Shown piece after piece: positions 1 through 11,759 of a stretch of DNA of 64,000 nucleotides. The notes below the pieces were generated by a model that was not told the DNA's origin, searched no databases, and worked only from the letters and a program-made list of their open reading frames with translations. This stretch comes from Azolla caroliniana (taxonomy: Eukaryota; Plantae; Polypodiophyta), in contig JBHGNT010000007.1 of NCBI GenBank assembly GCA_043228905.1, forward strand, positions 12,772,001-12,836,000. Direction: 5' to 3'. Position numbers and translations under genes: made by a program. Numbering within the stretch: the first letter of the stretch is position 1; each line of letters starts with the position of its first letter.

Positions 1-42
1 GAGGACTCCTCCAAGGCAACGCGGAGGGGATTCGAGGATTGG

Positions 43-1725
43 GTGGAAACGTCAGGTAAGGGGCTGAAGGTCCTCGAAGTGTTTTCGACATTCGAAAGTC
101 GGTTCGGGAGGTTGTCCGCGAGAGATCAAACTATTCTTGCACCGGACAAAGTCATCATGTTTTTGCGAGCTGTGGACGTCCGGGACCGGAAAGATCTCGG
201 AGTGCTTCTTGAGGACACGGCCACCGAAAGCGGCCTCACCGAAACATGGGAAAGCGTGCGGGATATCGTCGCGCGGTACACGAAGAGGGGGCAATGGCTT
301 GCCAACGAAGAAAAGAGGGTTTCGGAACCGATTCCGAAACCGAGAACGGGACTGGAAGACCATCAACCGAGGGCTCGGGAGATTACGGCCGAGAAGGGAG
401 TCGACGCGTCTACGGTGGAGCAGCTGCTGAAGGAGATGGAGAATCTAAAGATCGCGATGGTGAAGAAGTCGGATGACCGCCCCACAAGCTCCAAATATAC
501 GGATCGACAGTGCATATGGTGCGATAGCGCCGAACACGATCGGAGGGATTGCGACGACCATAAGGAGGCGCTACGACGGGATCTCATCTACTACGAGGGA
601 AACCGGATTCATTCGATGGACTCTCGGAAGCCACTCCGACCGAACTTCCGGAAAGGCGGCATGAAGAAGGTGCTCGAGGAGGAGTTAGCGGCAAGAAGCA
701 ACTATGCGACAACCGCGGGAATATGTGTCGGGGAGTCATCGGGAGCGAAGGCGTCTTTCTGGCCGGAGGTGCTAGGAAACACCGAGAAAACCGACTCCAA
801 CGATATCCGAAACACCGCGGAAGGCGTCCGGGAAGCTACGGGATGGGAGTGCCCTGTCGACAAGAATAGCATATACGCCCTGTGTCAATTACATGAGGTG
901 TATGTGGACGAGAAACGACGGCGCACGGAGGATGCGGCCGGACCATCGAAGATACCGGAAAGCTGGAACTCCGGAGGTAAGGGAAAAGAAAAGGCGACTC
1001 CGGCATTCAAGCTCGCCTCGGACATAGAACAACAAACCGACTTGAAAAGAGTGTTCGAGGAAAGAATCTTGGATAGCCGGGTAGATTTTTCGCTGCGGGA
1101 ACTACTCGGAATAGCGAAGAAGGAGTTTCACGATCTTCTCGTGGATCTCGTAAAAAGGAAGAGACAAAGTACGGAGGAAAATGCTCCAAGGGTGAATGCA
1201 AATACCGTTTCAATGAACGACACCGAAGTGGAAGGTGAAATTCCGAACTCCCACTATACAAGGCCACACTGGGCACGTGCGACTACGGAGACTCCGGTCC
1301 GAATCGGCAACATCAAAGAACCCGTGCTAGCATTGATTGATCACGGATCGGAGATCAACTTGATGTCCAAGGAGTTCTACCGAAAGGGGAAGTGGCCTAT
1401 AAACACCAACCATGGATGGAAGATTCGGGCAGCCACGAAAACGACAGAAGACCTATTTGCGGCTTGTCTGGATGTGACGGTAAAGATCGGGGATGTCGAA
1501 ATTGACCAAAATTTCTTTGTGCAGGATGAGGTTTCACATTCTGTCATCCTCGGCCAACCCTTTATCACGGCTTCACGGATGGAGACGAAGGTGCTCGATA
1601 GTGGTGCGGCTTTTGCGCGAATTCGGAGCCAAAACGGAGGGAAATCCGTCCAATTCCTAACGGTGCCGACAAATCACGAAAGGAACAAGAGGGAACTCTT
1701 GTCCCAAGTGAGAATGGATTTTTAA
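43..1725 (+). CDS. gag: Gypsy gag-protease ORF (probably 5'-partial)
   Basis: Zinc knuckle CIWCDSAEHDRRDC. Aspartic-protease-like ALIDHGSEINLMS and VILGQPF. Ends ATG GAT TTT TAA. Confidence 0.88.
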   Translation: METSGKGLKVLEVFSTFESRFGRLSARDQTILAPDKVIMFLRAVDVRDRKDLGVLLEDTATESGLTETWESVRDIVARYTKRGQWLANEEKRVSEPIPKPRTGLEDHQPRAREITAEKGVDASTVEQLLKEMENLKIAMVKKSDDRPTSSKYTDRQCIWCDSAEHDRRDCDDHKEALRRDLIYYEGNRIHSMDSRKPLRPNFRKGGMKKVLEEELAARSNYATTAGICVGESSGAKASFWPEVLGNTEKTDSNDIRNTAEGVREATGWECPVDKNSIYALCQLHEVYVDEKRRRTEDAAGPSKIPESWNSGGKGKEKATPAFKLASDIEQQTDLKRVFEERILDSRVDFSLRELLGIAKKEFHDLLVDLVKRKRQSTEENAPRVNANTVSMNDTEVEGEIPNSHYTRPHWARATTETPVRIGNIKEPVLALIDHGSEINLMSKEFYRKGKWPINTNHGWKIRAATKTTEDLFAACLDVTVKIGDVEIDQNFFVQDEVSHSVILGQPFITASRMETKVLDSGAAFARIRSQNGGKSVQFLTVPTNHERNKRELLSQVRMDF

Positions 1726-1779
1726 AGCGGACTGTTGCGGAGTGGGGAAGTGATAGTCCGAGAAGCCCTGATACCCCAC
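1716..1779 (+). promoter_or_regulatory. predicted -1 programmed ribosomal frameshift signal (G GAT TTT plus H-type pseudoknot)
   Basis: Slippery heptamer 1716-1722. The -1 frame is open from there into pol. Stem 1 is 1728-1738 with 1750-1760; stem 2 is GTGGGG 1742-1747 with CCCCAC 1774-1779. Confidence 0.75.
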
Positions 1780-4700
1780 ACAGGAAGAAAACTCTCGGAG
1801 CAAAACAAGTACGAATCGGGCCGGATGGGGCATCTACGTACACGGCCGTAACCGGAGGAATGAAGAAACAATACCGACAAGTGGAGGATAAGTTACGGTC
1901 GGCATCAATAATAAAAGAAGACGAAGAAATCGTGGGAGTGATCGAGGAAGTGTTCTATGGGAATACACTACAACGGCTTGAAGAGCTTGCGGAAGATAAA
2001 AGCCAAGGGAACCGGGTAGTCCCGGTGGAATCGGTCGAGATGTACGAGATCGTTGCGAAAATGGGGCCGGATGCGCTCCGCAAAGAAGAAGCAATGCTAA
2101 GTACGAAATACAAGACCGTAGAGAAGAAGGTGAAACCGGCCACGGGACCACTACCCGTCGATAGCGAACAAAAGAAGAAAGAAGTCTCGGGAGATCCGAC
2201 ACTTCGGAAGTCCGTGGATATCGGACATGCCTTCACAGATGAGACCCGGAAGAAACTTCGGATCGGTGGAGGTGGGTTCCTCTTACAAGAAGAAGAAAAA
2301 CGGTTTCGAGAGATGTTGGAGCAACATGGCAAAGCATTCGCGTTCACATCGAGGGAGATCGGATGCATTGATCCAAAGATAGTGGAGCCGATGGTGATTT
2401 TCACGATTGATCATGTACCGTGGAACCTGAAGCCGATTCCGGTGCCACGGGCGCATATTCCGAAAGTCATCGACTTGCTCAAGGAGAAGGTGGCGATGGG
2501 GATTCTAGAGCCATCAAGTGCTTCGTACTCAAATCGATGGTTTACGGTTCCGAAGAAGAATGGGTCACTCCGATTCATCCAAGACTTGCAACCGGTGAAC
2601 AAGGTCACGATCCGGAACTCGGGAGTCGGTCCGATAGTGGACGAATTCGCGGAAGCTTTTGCCGGACGTGCGATATACTCCATCAGGGACCTATACTCGG
2701 GGTATGACCAATTCCAACTAGCCGTGGAGAGCCGAGACATCACTACCATGCGGACACCGATAGGACTAGTTCGAATGTGCACACTACCGCAAGGAGCGAC
2801 AAACTCGGTTGCACATATGATGAACGCGATGAACAAGGTGCTTCGAGATTGCATCCCGGAGATAACGATGCCGTTTCTAGATGACATTCCGATGAAAGGA
2901 TGCGCGGTGGAAGAAAAAGATGAGACTATGGATGATCGGGGATGCCGAAAGTTCGTGGTCGACCATATTCATGATTGCGAGAAAGTGTTGCGAAAGCTAG
3001 AAGATGTGCACCTAACACTTTCCGGGGAGAAATCGACATTCGGGCAAGAAGAAATATTGGTGGTCGGACATCTATGTGGACCCTACGGCCGAAGACCGTC
3101 ACCAACAAAGATCGATGCGATTCAAGCTATGAAGGAAGTATGTGAGTCAACATCGGAAGTCCGAAGGTTTCTGGGTGCGTGTGCATTCTATCACATATGG
3201 ATTCCGCACTATGCACATATAGCGGACCTGCTCTATCACTTGTTGCGGAAAGGTAAGAAATTCGAGTGGAAACCGGAACACACTAAAGCCATGAGGAAGC
3301 TCAAGAAGACACTATGGAGGGCGGAATCACTTAAGAAGCCAAGCTACGAGCGGCCAATCATAGTAACGGTTGATACAAGTCCAACCGGTATCGGGTGGGT
3401 CATCAATCAAGCCGACTCGGATGGTTCGCGGTATCCGATCCGATTTGGAGCAAAGGTCCTCAACGAAAGGCAACGCGGATATGCACAAGTCAAAAGAGAA
3501 TTGTGGGGAGTCGTGTCGGCGATAAAATCGGATCGGGATTATTTGATCGGAGCTGAAGTGGTGATCGAGACGGATTGTCTTCCGATACTCGGGATGATGC
3601 GGTGTTGTACGATACCGGATGTGGCTATGCTAAGGTGGATTGCATATGTCAAGTCACTTAATCCGGAGGTTCGACACATCTCGGGGAAGGACAACGCGGT
3701 AGCGGACATGTTATCGAGGGCGCGGTTTGAAGACGACATAACCGAATCAGATAATGAAGAAGTTTCTGAAGACTACTTCACGTCAGAACACATATGCCGA
3801 GTGAACGTGATCCGAGAATTCCGGGAAGAAGAATACGAGGGGGAAACCTTGATGATCGGGAAGATGCTACAAGAGGTCGAGGATTCAACCAATGATAAAG
3901 AAAGGAGAGCCGAGATCCGAAGGAAGAAGAGGCAAGTCCAAAAGTTCTTCTTGGAAAACGGTTTAATATGGAGGACGCCGAAAAGACCGGATGGGATACC
4001 ACTTCGAGTAGTCGGGACGAAAGAGCAACGAAACCGGATAATGTCCGAGTTCCACGAATCCGATTGGGCTGGACATCGAGGAACATGGGCAACTTTTGTG
4101 AAAATCAAGCAAAGATATTGGTGGAAGAACATGTATAAAGATGTCGCGGAGTTCACAGAAAGCTGCGAGAAATGTCAAGTCTACTCCGGGGTCCGACACC
4201 GAGATGAGCTGCATCCGACATTCTCACCGACAATCAACTTCAAGTGGATGGTCGACATTGTAGCTATGCCGACCGGGATTGGACAAAAGAAATACTTGGT
4301 GTTAGCTCGAGAAGATCTCACAAACCAAGTTGAAGGTCGAGCGCTTCGGAGGAAAACGTGTGCTGCGGTGTGCCAATTTCTTTTGGAAGAAGTGTTTTGT
4401 AGGTACGGCTGCGTAGGACAAGTGATTGCGGACCGGGGAGAACTCGACTCGGACAAAGCTAGGGGATTCTTCGCCAAACATGGAGTTCGGTTAACGTTGA
4501 CAACGGCCTACAATCCGGAGGCCAACGGGAAGATCGAACGAGGACATAGTCCGATCGTGAAAGCACTTGCGAAGGCATGCGACGGAAGGGTGAAGGATTG
4601 GCCACAAATGCTTCCGTATGCACTATGGGCGGATCGGACGACGCATAACTCCGTGACCGGTTACATGCCGGCAGAACTCATGACCGGACAAGCACCGGTA

Positions 4701-5327
4701 ATGCCAACGGAAACCGCAATCGCAACATGGACAATACTACCGTGGAAGGAAGAGATGAGCCGGGAAGAACTACTAGCGGTCCGGATATGACAACTGGAGG
4801 GAAGACCGAAAGATGTAGCGGACGCGTCACGCCGACAACAAGAAGCACGGTTCCGGAACAAAAGCCGGTTCGACACAAAGCACCGACTACGACCGAGGAG
4901 GATTGAAGAAGGAGATTGGGTGATCGTCTATGATAGTAGCTTGGACCACCAACATACAACGATGCGGAAATTCGCGAAAAGGTGGTTCGGACCGTACGAG
5001 GTTCGGAAGGTCTTCGACAACGGGACGTACCGATTGTCCGAGTTGGATGGAACAATACTACGAGTGCCTATAGCCGGGAAGCGGGTGAAGATTTTCAAGA
5101 AGCGGACCGACGACAAACCTTATGTGATCCAAGTCGAGGCCGACAACGAGGAGCAATCGGACGAAGATCACAATGATGCGGGAAGCGAAGAAAGTGGATT
5201 ACAACTCATAGTCGACATAAGGGGAGAATCGGAGGAAGCTTCGGATGAAGACGGATACGAAGAATCAAGAACTTCGGCACATACCGGAGGATGTGCGGGT
5301 TTGGAGGGGGCGAGTGTCGTAGTGTAG
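1722..5327 (+). pseudogene. pol: Gypsy pol (RT, RNase H, integrase, GPY/F) with one premature stop at 4788-4790
   Basis: RT LPQG...PFLDDI; RNase H VDTS; integrase HHCC and D,D,E (DRGE, NGKIER); GPY motif after the stop. ORF 4920-5327 is in the same frame as 1860-4790. Confidence 0.93.
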
Positions 5328-6099
5328 GTTGCACACTATGTGGAAATTATATTTTTGTCCCTCCGGATAGAGAATGGAGTGCTCGGTGAGAACCGGAAGA
5401 AAACGGCATACCGGCAAGGAGGAAAACGGCATACCGGCAAGGAAGAGCCGGATAAAGAGACATAAATGTAAAAAAAAAGGAAATACTCACTACTGCGCAG
5501 GGCGTGATTCAAACTCTGCACCTCCACGTTGACAAACCTCAACCTTACCATTACATTAACTTATCTTAAGTGTTTTAAATAAATAGATTTAATACGTATA
5601 AGACCTTTATTTATGCATACCTTTATTAAAAGGTAAATCGTGTATTTTTTTAATATATGAAAAAGAAAAAACACGAGACACTAAAAATAACTCATGCACA
5701 TCTAGCGTGCATGAGCCCTATACTTAGGAAATAAAAAAGCATCACATGCACATTTAGTGGACATGAACACTTTTTGTAAAAAAAAGCATGAAGCCATGCT
5801 TAGCTCTTCTTTCCTTATATAAGGAGGAGAGAAATATGTAAAGGGTTGTTGATTATTTGGATTAAGTATTAATCAATACAAAAATTATTCGTGGGATTCA
5901 CGATTTATACATCTACTTCTCTCTTAACACCCTAAGTACCAATTAATATAGTATACTCGTGTGATTCACGAGTTTCTTATCTTTCTCTTCGCTATTTATT
6001 CATAATTAATCTCTATCTCACGAACTTCTTTCTCCTAGTCCAAGACCTCTGTGGTTCCCACCCGACTCACGCAACGATCCGGAGCCGAAAGGCACGACA
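5315..6099 (+). repeat. Gypsy 3' LTR (785 bp)
   Basis: Follows the PPT. TGTCGT/ACGACA termini. Homologous to the solo LTR at 50558-51279. Confidence 0.92.
5494..5566 (-). ncRNA. tRNA-like (SINE-head-like) Pol III unit within Gypsy LTR, degenerate copy
   Basis: Minus strand: TAATGTAATGGTA (A-box-like), AGTTTGAATCA (B-box-like), then a T9 run from A9 at 5470-5478. Confidence 0.5.
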
Positions 6100-7820
6100 C
6101 CGTCTGACCGAAGACATCGTACATGACGCCCAATTGTCTTTTCGACTTCGCTTTTGAATTTTTGGAAGTGTGTAAACACTTCGCTCTTCATCCTCATGGG
6201 AAAGATCCATGTGTATCTAGAGAAGTCATCGATGAAGGTAACATAGTACCGACATCCTCCGAACGTAGCCGTTTGTGCTAGTCCCCACACATCCGAGAGG
6301 ACTACATCCAATAGGCCTTTGCTCACATTCCTCTCCTTCGGGAACGGGTGCCGATGTTGCTTGCCGAATTGGCATGCTTCACATACTCCTTCAATCTCTT
6401 TCTCTTTGAAGGTCGGGAGCCCAATGACGACTCCTTTCGATTGCATCGCCTTGAGTTTGTTGAGATTGATATGGCCGATTCTTTTATGCCATAGCTCTAT
6501 GTCGGTGTTGAATTTGAGGCCCTTTGCAAACATAGCCGATTTTACCTTATTTGTTTCGAGGATAAACATTCGGCCTTCCCTTCGACCACGAGCAAAGTCG
6601 ACGAACCATACATCTTCCGGATTGGAGGCATTAGTTGAAGTAGAGGCCAACATAGATCTTCATAGTCTCATTACAAACATTCCACCATGATCTTCCTAGT
6701 TGAAGTTGGTGGCGTAATTGGTGAGTTGTCGGCTTGTGGAAGCCGACTCACACTTCTTCTTTCGGCACTCTTCTTCATGGTGGCCGATTTTTCCGCAATA
6801 ACCACATTCGATCGAGGTTTGTTGACTCGGACCAAAATGGAAGCTCCCCCTTCTTCCGAAGGTTCCTCGATGGCTTCCGTCTTGATGCCAAAATTGCGAG
6901 TTGTTTTCGTAAGTCGGGCCTCGTCCACCTCGTCCTTGGCCGAATCGGCCTCTTCTTGCATGACCGCGTCCTCTTCCTCCATCTGAATGCGTGTAGAGCA
7001 TGTGACCTTTCGAGGCGTTGCCCCTTGTTCGAACGTGATTTTCTTTGACCAACAACATGGATTGAAGATCGAAGAAGGAGGGCGGATTCTCTCATCCTAG
7101 TATGGCGGTCCGCATCACGCCAAACCGTGGTGCAAGGCCACCAAGGCATATTTGCACCATTTCGTCATCCTCCACAGTGACGCTTATCGAACCGAGTGCA
7201 TCACAAAGCTCCTTGATCTTCAAGGTGTAGCTTGTGATGGACATATCCCGTTGTTGGATGTTGTTCAACTCTTGGCGGAGTTGATGCTTTCGTGCCGTTG
7301 TATTGGCGGCAAATATCTTCCTTAGATTCTCCCATGCTTCCTTTGGCGTCACTTCTCGAATGTAGCCGAGCATGTGATCATGAACACATGTCGCCAAGCA
7401 ATACATTACTTGACTCGCCACTTGCTCCCATGTTGAGTAGTCAGCGTCTTCCGGGCCGGGTCGGTTTTCTTGTGCTCCCTTGATGTAACCCCAATAGCCT
7501 TGGACGACAAGGTATTGGTGCATCTTGTACTCCCAAGATGCGAAGTTGTTTTGATCCAACTTCGCGCTAGGGAGAGCACTCCCCATTTGAGTATTCATGG
7601 TGTTCGATGTAGATTTTCTTCTTCTTCTTCTCTCTTGAATACGAGCTATGTAGCTGCACTACGATAATGATGAGCCGTTTCTTCTTGAATGTCGGCGTGG
7701 AGCACAACACACGCGGATGGGCTAGATCGGGCTACCAAACCGCTCTGATACCATGTAAAGAATCGATGGTGATTCTTGTGCAGCGGATTAGACTAGAGAT
7801 ATGTGTTGTGAGTGTCTGTG

Positions 7821-7903
<83 letters not shown>

Positions 7904-8198
7904 ACAAGATAGATTTGAACAACAATAGAATACTCAAGAAGATGTATATTACAAAGGAGATTAATCGACCTGATTACAAAGTAGGAGGAGAGTGCTTTAT
8001 ATAGTCACTCTCTCTCTTCATTAACTACCGAAGCTCATGGGTCATGGGGAATGTGAAAACTCATTAGTTATGTGTCATAGAATATGATTCTATGACACAT
8101 AGTTAATGTGTAGATAAGAGTGGTGACTTTTGACCTTTGAGTGCACACTCTCAAGGGTGTGTTCACACACTAGACTAGGTTGAGCTTGATTCTCAACA
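6100..8198 (-). mobile_element. Ty1/Copia element #1 (5' LTR, PBS, gag, partial integrase), interrupted by the Gypsy
   Basis: LTR 7754-8198. PBS TGGTATCAGAGC (tRNA-iMet) at 7742-7753. gag NNFASWEYKM. GAG-pre-integrase WHKRIGH...CEAC. Most of the protease is deleted at about 6597 (VWFVDF|ARGRREGR). Confidence 0.92.
7824..7900. repeat. (GA)n microsatellite in Copia LTR
   Basis: Long uninterrupted GA run. Confidence 0.98.
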
Positions 8199-9884
8199 AA
8201 TATGATATGCGAAAGGATATGTGAGGACTTGCAAGAAGATGTGTACAACAAGCAACACAAACAGAGTATCAATATGCAATAAGGTAAAAGGTAAGGTAGA
8301 GACGATTATCTCTAATGGTAAATTGTATTTCTCTTCTTTAACTCTCTCTCTATACAATGTTAGGGTTGGGCTTATATACTCAAGCCCTAAATCAAGAACG
8401 TGTTCACGCTTAAGGTTACAATGTGGAAGGAGGGGGAGGGTGCTTTATATAAGGTCACCCTCTCACTAAACCACTCACTCACTCTCTAGAATCTTGGGGA
8501 GTGGGGAATCTCATTAACTATGTGTCATACAGTGTAACTCCTATGACACATGAGTTATGTTACAAGACTCATTAATAATGTGTCATAGAATGTAACTCCT
8601 ATGACACATTAGTTATATTATGTTGGGAATTCAGTCCCTCTGGATGGGATCCGGATGAGATGGATCGGAGGAGCTAAAGGAAGGTATCCGGATGGATCCT
8701 GTGTGAACCAGATCCAGGGAAATATCTGTAAATATGTTTCTAGTGTGCTTGTCATGGCCATATTAGTAATTAGTCCTAAAGTCATATAAGTATAAATATG
8801 ACTTAGGGCAATCACTTTCTGCTCAGGTAAACCCCAACTTGAAGGATTCACGGATTCAGATATGTCGGATGATGCGGATACCAACTGCTCAACGTCCAGA
8901 TATGTTATGACATATGCAGAGGGAGCTGTATTGTGACAATCGAGGCTGCAGAGGTCCGTTGCACTATCTACAATAGAAGCAGAGTACATGGCAGTTGTAG
9001 AAGTCGGTAAAGAGGTCATTTGGATGAAGGACTTCATTGGAGAGCTAGGGATATGACAAGAGGAATTCCAGCTCTATTGCGACAGTCAAAGTGCCATCTA
9101 CCTTGCAAAGAACACGGCGTACCACTCCAGGACCAAGCACATCTAGAGGAGATATCATTGGCTTCGAGAGAAGGTAGAAGATAAAGAGTTCTTGTTGATG
9201 AAGATCCATAAGGAGGAGAATGGGTCAGACATGTTGACCAAGGTGTTGTCAACCGACAAGCTGGATGTGTGCAGGAGACGGATCGGATTGACAAGACATC
9301 CCATGTTGGAGTGAAGGGGGAGCTAGTTGGGAATTCGGTCCCTCCGGATGAGATGGATCGGACGAGCCGAAGGAAGGTATCCGGTGTGAACCGGATCTAG
9401 GGACATATCTGTAAATATGTTTCTAGTGTACCTATCATGGCCATATTTGTAAATAGTCCTAAAGTCATATAAGTATAAATATGACTTAGGGCAATCACTT
9501 TATGTAGTTTTATATATGTGAGTGTTGTTATATTGTTATATATATAGAGAGAGAGAGAGCGAAAAGTTTTCTGTTGTAATCGCCGATTGGTGAAGGCATA
9601 GAGCTCGAGGTCGTTGCCTCTGAGTCTTGCATTGTAACCTTCTCTTCTCATGGTGATAGTTGGAGTCTATGTGCTCCCATGGTTTTTCCCTATTAGGGGT
9701 TTCCACGTAAATATCTGGTGTCATCTCATTCTGTGTAAGTGTATTAATCTCCATTTTTGTTTTGATCTTCCATTGACTATTCAACTCAGTTGAGGCCAAG
9801 TGTTATTCCTCACATATTACATAGTGGTGGTGTAACTCTCTAGTGCGTTTTCACACTAGGATGGATTGAGCTTGATTCTCAACA
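8199..9884 (-). repeat. older LTR of the Copia #1 family, interrupted by insertions
   Basis: Ends GAGCTTGATTCTCAACA at 9884, as at 8198. Shares the TATA context and TGTGTCATAG...CTATGACACA palindromes. Confidence 0.75.
8621..9814 (+). mobile_element. internally deleted Copia (partial 5' LTR fused to RNase H, PPT, 3' LTR)
   Basis: 5-bp TSD TATTA (8616-8620 and 9815-9819). 8621-8818 is repeated from 9325. RNase H LEGFTDSD...ALSTIEAEY...RTKHI. PPT GAAGGGGGAG before 9325. Confidence 0.9.
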
Positions 9885-10330
9885 CTTCACTCGTGAGCAA
9901 ATTTTTTTCTTCTTCTCCTCAGCATATTTACTGTCTTATGGTTTAATTTTCTTTTTCGTGATTGAAATTTACCACCTTTGTAATCAAAATATTCCAAAAT
10001 CTTGTAACCCCTACTTTATAAATGGAATTTCTTTCATAATCCAATGTTTTGAGCCTATAAAGTGGACATTTTCCTTTGAGGAGCCTTCGAGTCTGAAGAG
10101 TCTTTGACTCTCAAGAATCTTTGACTCTAGGTTACATTCAACTCTGATTAATCTTCAACTCTAGATTACATTCGACTTAGAAGAGCGTTCAACTTTGATC
10201 TACCTTCAACTCTACACAACCTTTGACTCTAACGATCTTTTAACTCTGCAAGCCTTTGAGTCATCCATCCTCGTTGGTTGAAGTCCCAAGTGGCGCCCCT
10301 CAAGTAGCATGCATACACACGTAACTTCGT

Positions 10331-10541
10331 GACAACGGTTTAACAGTTTAAAGGTTTGAGAGTCTCTAAAACCATTTGGTTTGAGCTCTAAATTTTTTGT
10401 AATGGTTCGGTTTGGGATTAGGGATTAGGGTTTAAATGGTTTTATGGTTCGGTTCAGTTCGGGTTAGGTTTCAATTTTTTTAAACCGTTCAGGTCTAAAC
10501 GTTTTGAGTTTCACCGTCTCGAACCGAACCGAACCATTGTC
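10331..10541. mobile_element. possible MITE remnant with AACCG/CGGTT subterminal motifs
   Basis: GACAACGGTT...AACCATTGTC is a 9/10 inverted match. Repeated GGTTC/GAACC motifs. No TSD confirmed. Confidence 0.4.
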
Positions 10542-11528
10542 GATTGCTACATGCAATTAACATAATTGTATACTTTATAAAAAAAGAGAGAAAGAGAGAA
10601 ATGGGTTATGAGCCAAAGAAGAGATTATATTTGAAACTATTGTCTTGTATTTGAGAACAACAAACAAAAATAAAACGTAACTAAGTAAAAATGGTAAATA
10701 AAAATAAATGCTATTGAAGAATCTCGTTATCTATCTATTCATGTAAGATTCTCAAGTAAGATAGATTGTAATTTTTGTCTTTGAAAGTTATGTAGCATAG
10801 ATCAATCAAGAATGGAGAAATCTTGGAAGTGAGGGAGGCACTTCCGATGGAAAGTGTGGTATAGAAATATTTTCTATGTTAATTTAAAGTTTTATGGGGA
10901 GAAATGGAGAAAGAGGAAGGGGAAGGGGAAGCTTATAATGAAAACAATCCCTTTTAAAAAAATGGCGCAGATTGTCATTTTGAAAGCGAATAATGAGACA
11001 AAAGTCCATGCCGATTTGTAATTTGTAAAAACAATCTTTGGGCCACAAGAAAAGTGTGGGACCGGTGGAGAAGTAGAAGTTGGGGTCGAGATGCGTTCGG
11101 AGCCTAGTGTGATCAATTGATTCAAACATCAACTTTTGTGTTTCTATGTGGGCCACGTGGGAGTCGATGGCCTGCCTGCCTCTATGGAAGAGATGCTAGA
11201 AAAAAGTTTGGATTCGGTTTGGATGCCGAAGGAAGGAAGGACAGCGCCCTTGCATCTAAAGCAAGCAAGGAAGGAATGGATGTCTGACTAAATGTTCGCC
11301 GTGTGTGCACACGTAAAACACATAACATACATACGTACATACATTTGTGGTGGGTTTGCTTCTTCTTGTTTCTCGCAATTGTTGGGAAAGCTGCGGTAGA
11401 ATAATAATAACTTATAAGCTATAGAAAAAATAACAGAAGAATATTTATACATATGTATTACATATGTATGTACATATTAGGAGGAAAACGCAAAACAAAT
11501 TTGTCAAATCCGAAAAGGCAAACCCAAG

Positions 11529-11578
<50 letters not shown>

Positions 11579-11759
11579 CCATTTCCTTTCGTCTCATCAT
11601 CCATCGCTCTACTTCGGAGCTACATCGATAAGCAACCACATATCCTCTCAGACTTACTTCTTCATTCTTTCTGATTCATCTTCTTCTCGTCCGTTTGTTG
11701 CCGTCTTCGTCTTCATCTTCATCTTCATCTTCATCATCATCATCTTCTGATCTGATTCA

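Larger units (their letters stand above)
1..6099 (+). mobile_element. Ty3/Gypsy LTR retrotransposon (5' part outside window): gag-protease, pol, PPT, 3' LTR
   Basis: gag/zinc knuckle/protease ORF, then RT-RNaseH-integrase in Gypsy order. PPT GGAGGGGGCGAG at about 5303-5314. LTR TGTCGT...ACGACA at 5315-6099. Inserted into a Copia integrase (CLRSDG). Confidence 0.95.

Noticed and set aside
4788-4790. Programmed stop-codon read-through in integrase (TGA CAA)
   Set aside because: A CGA to TGA deamination is simpler; similar C-to-T stops occur throughout the TEs here.
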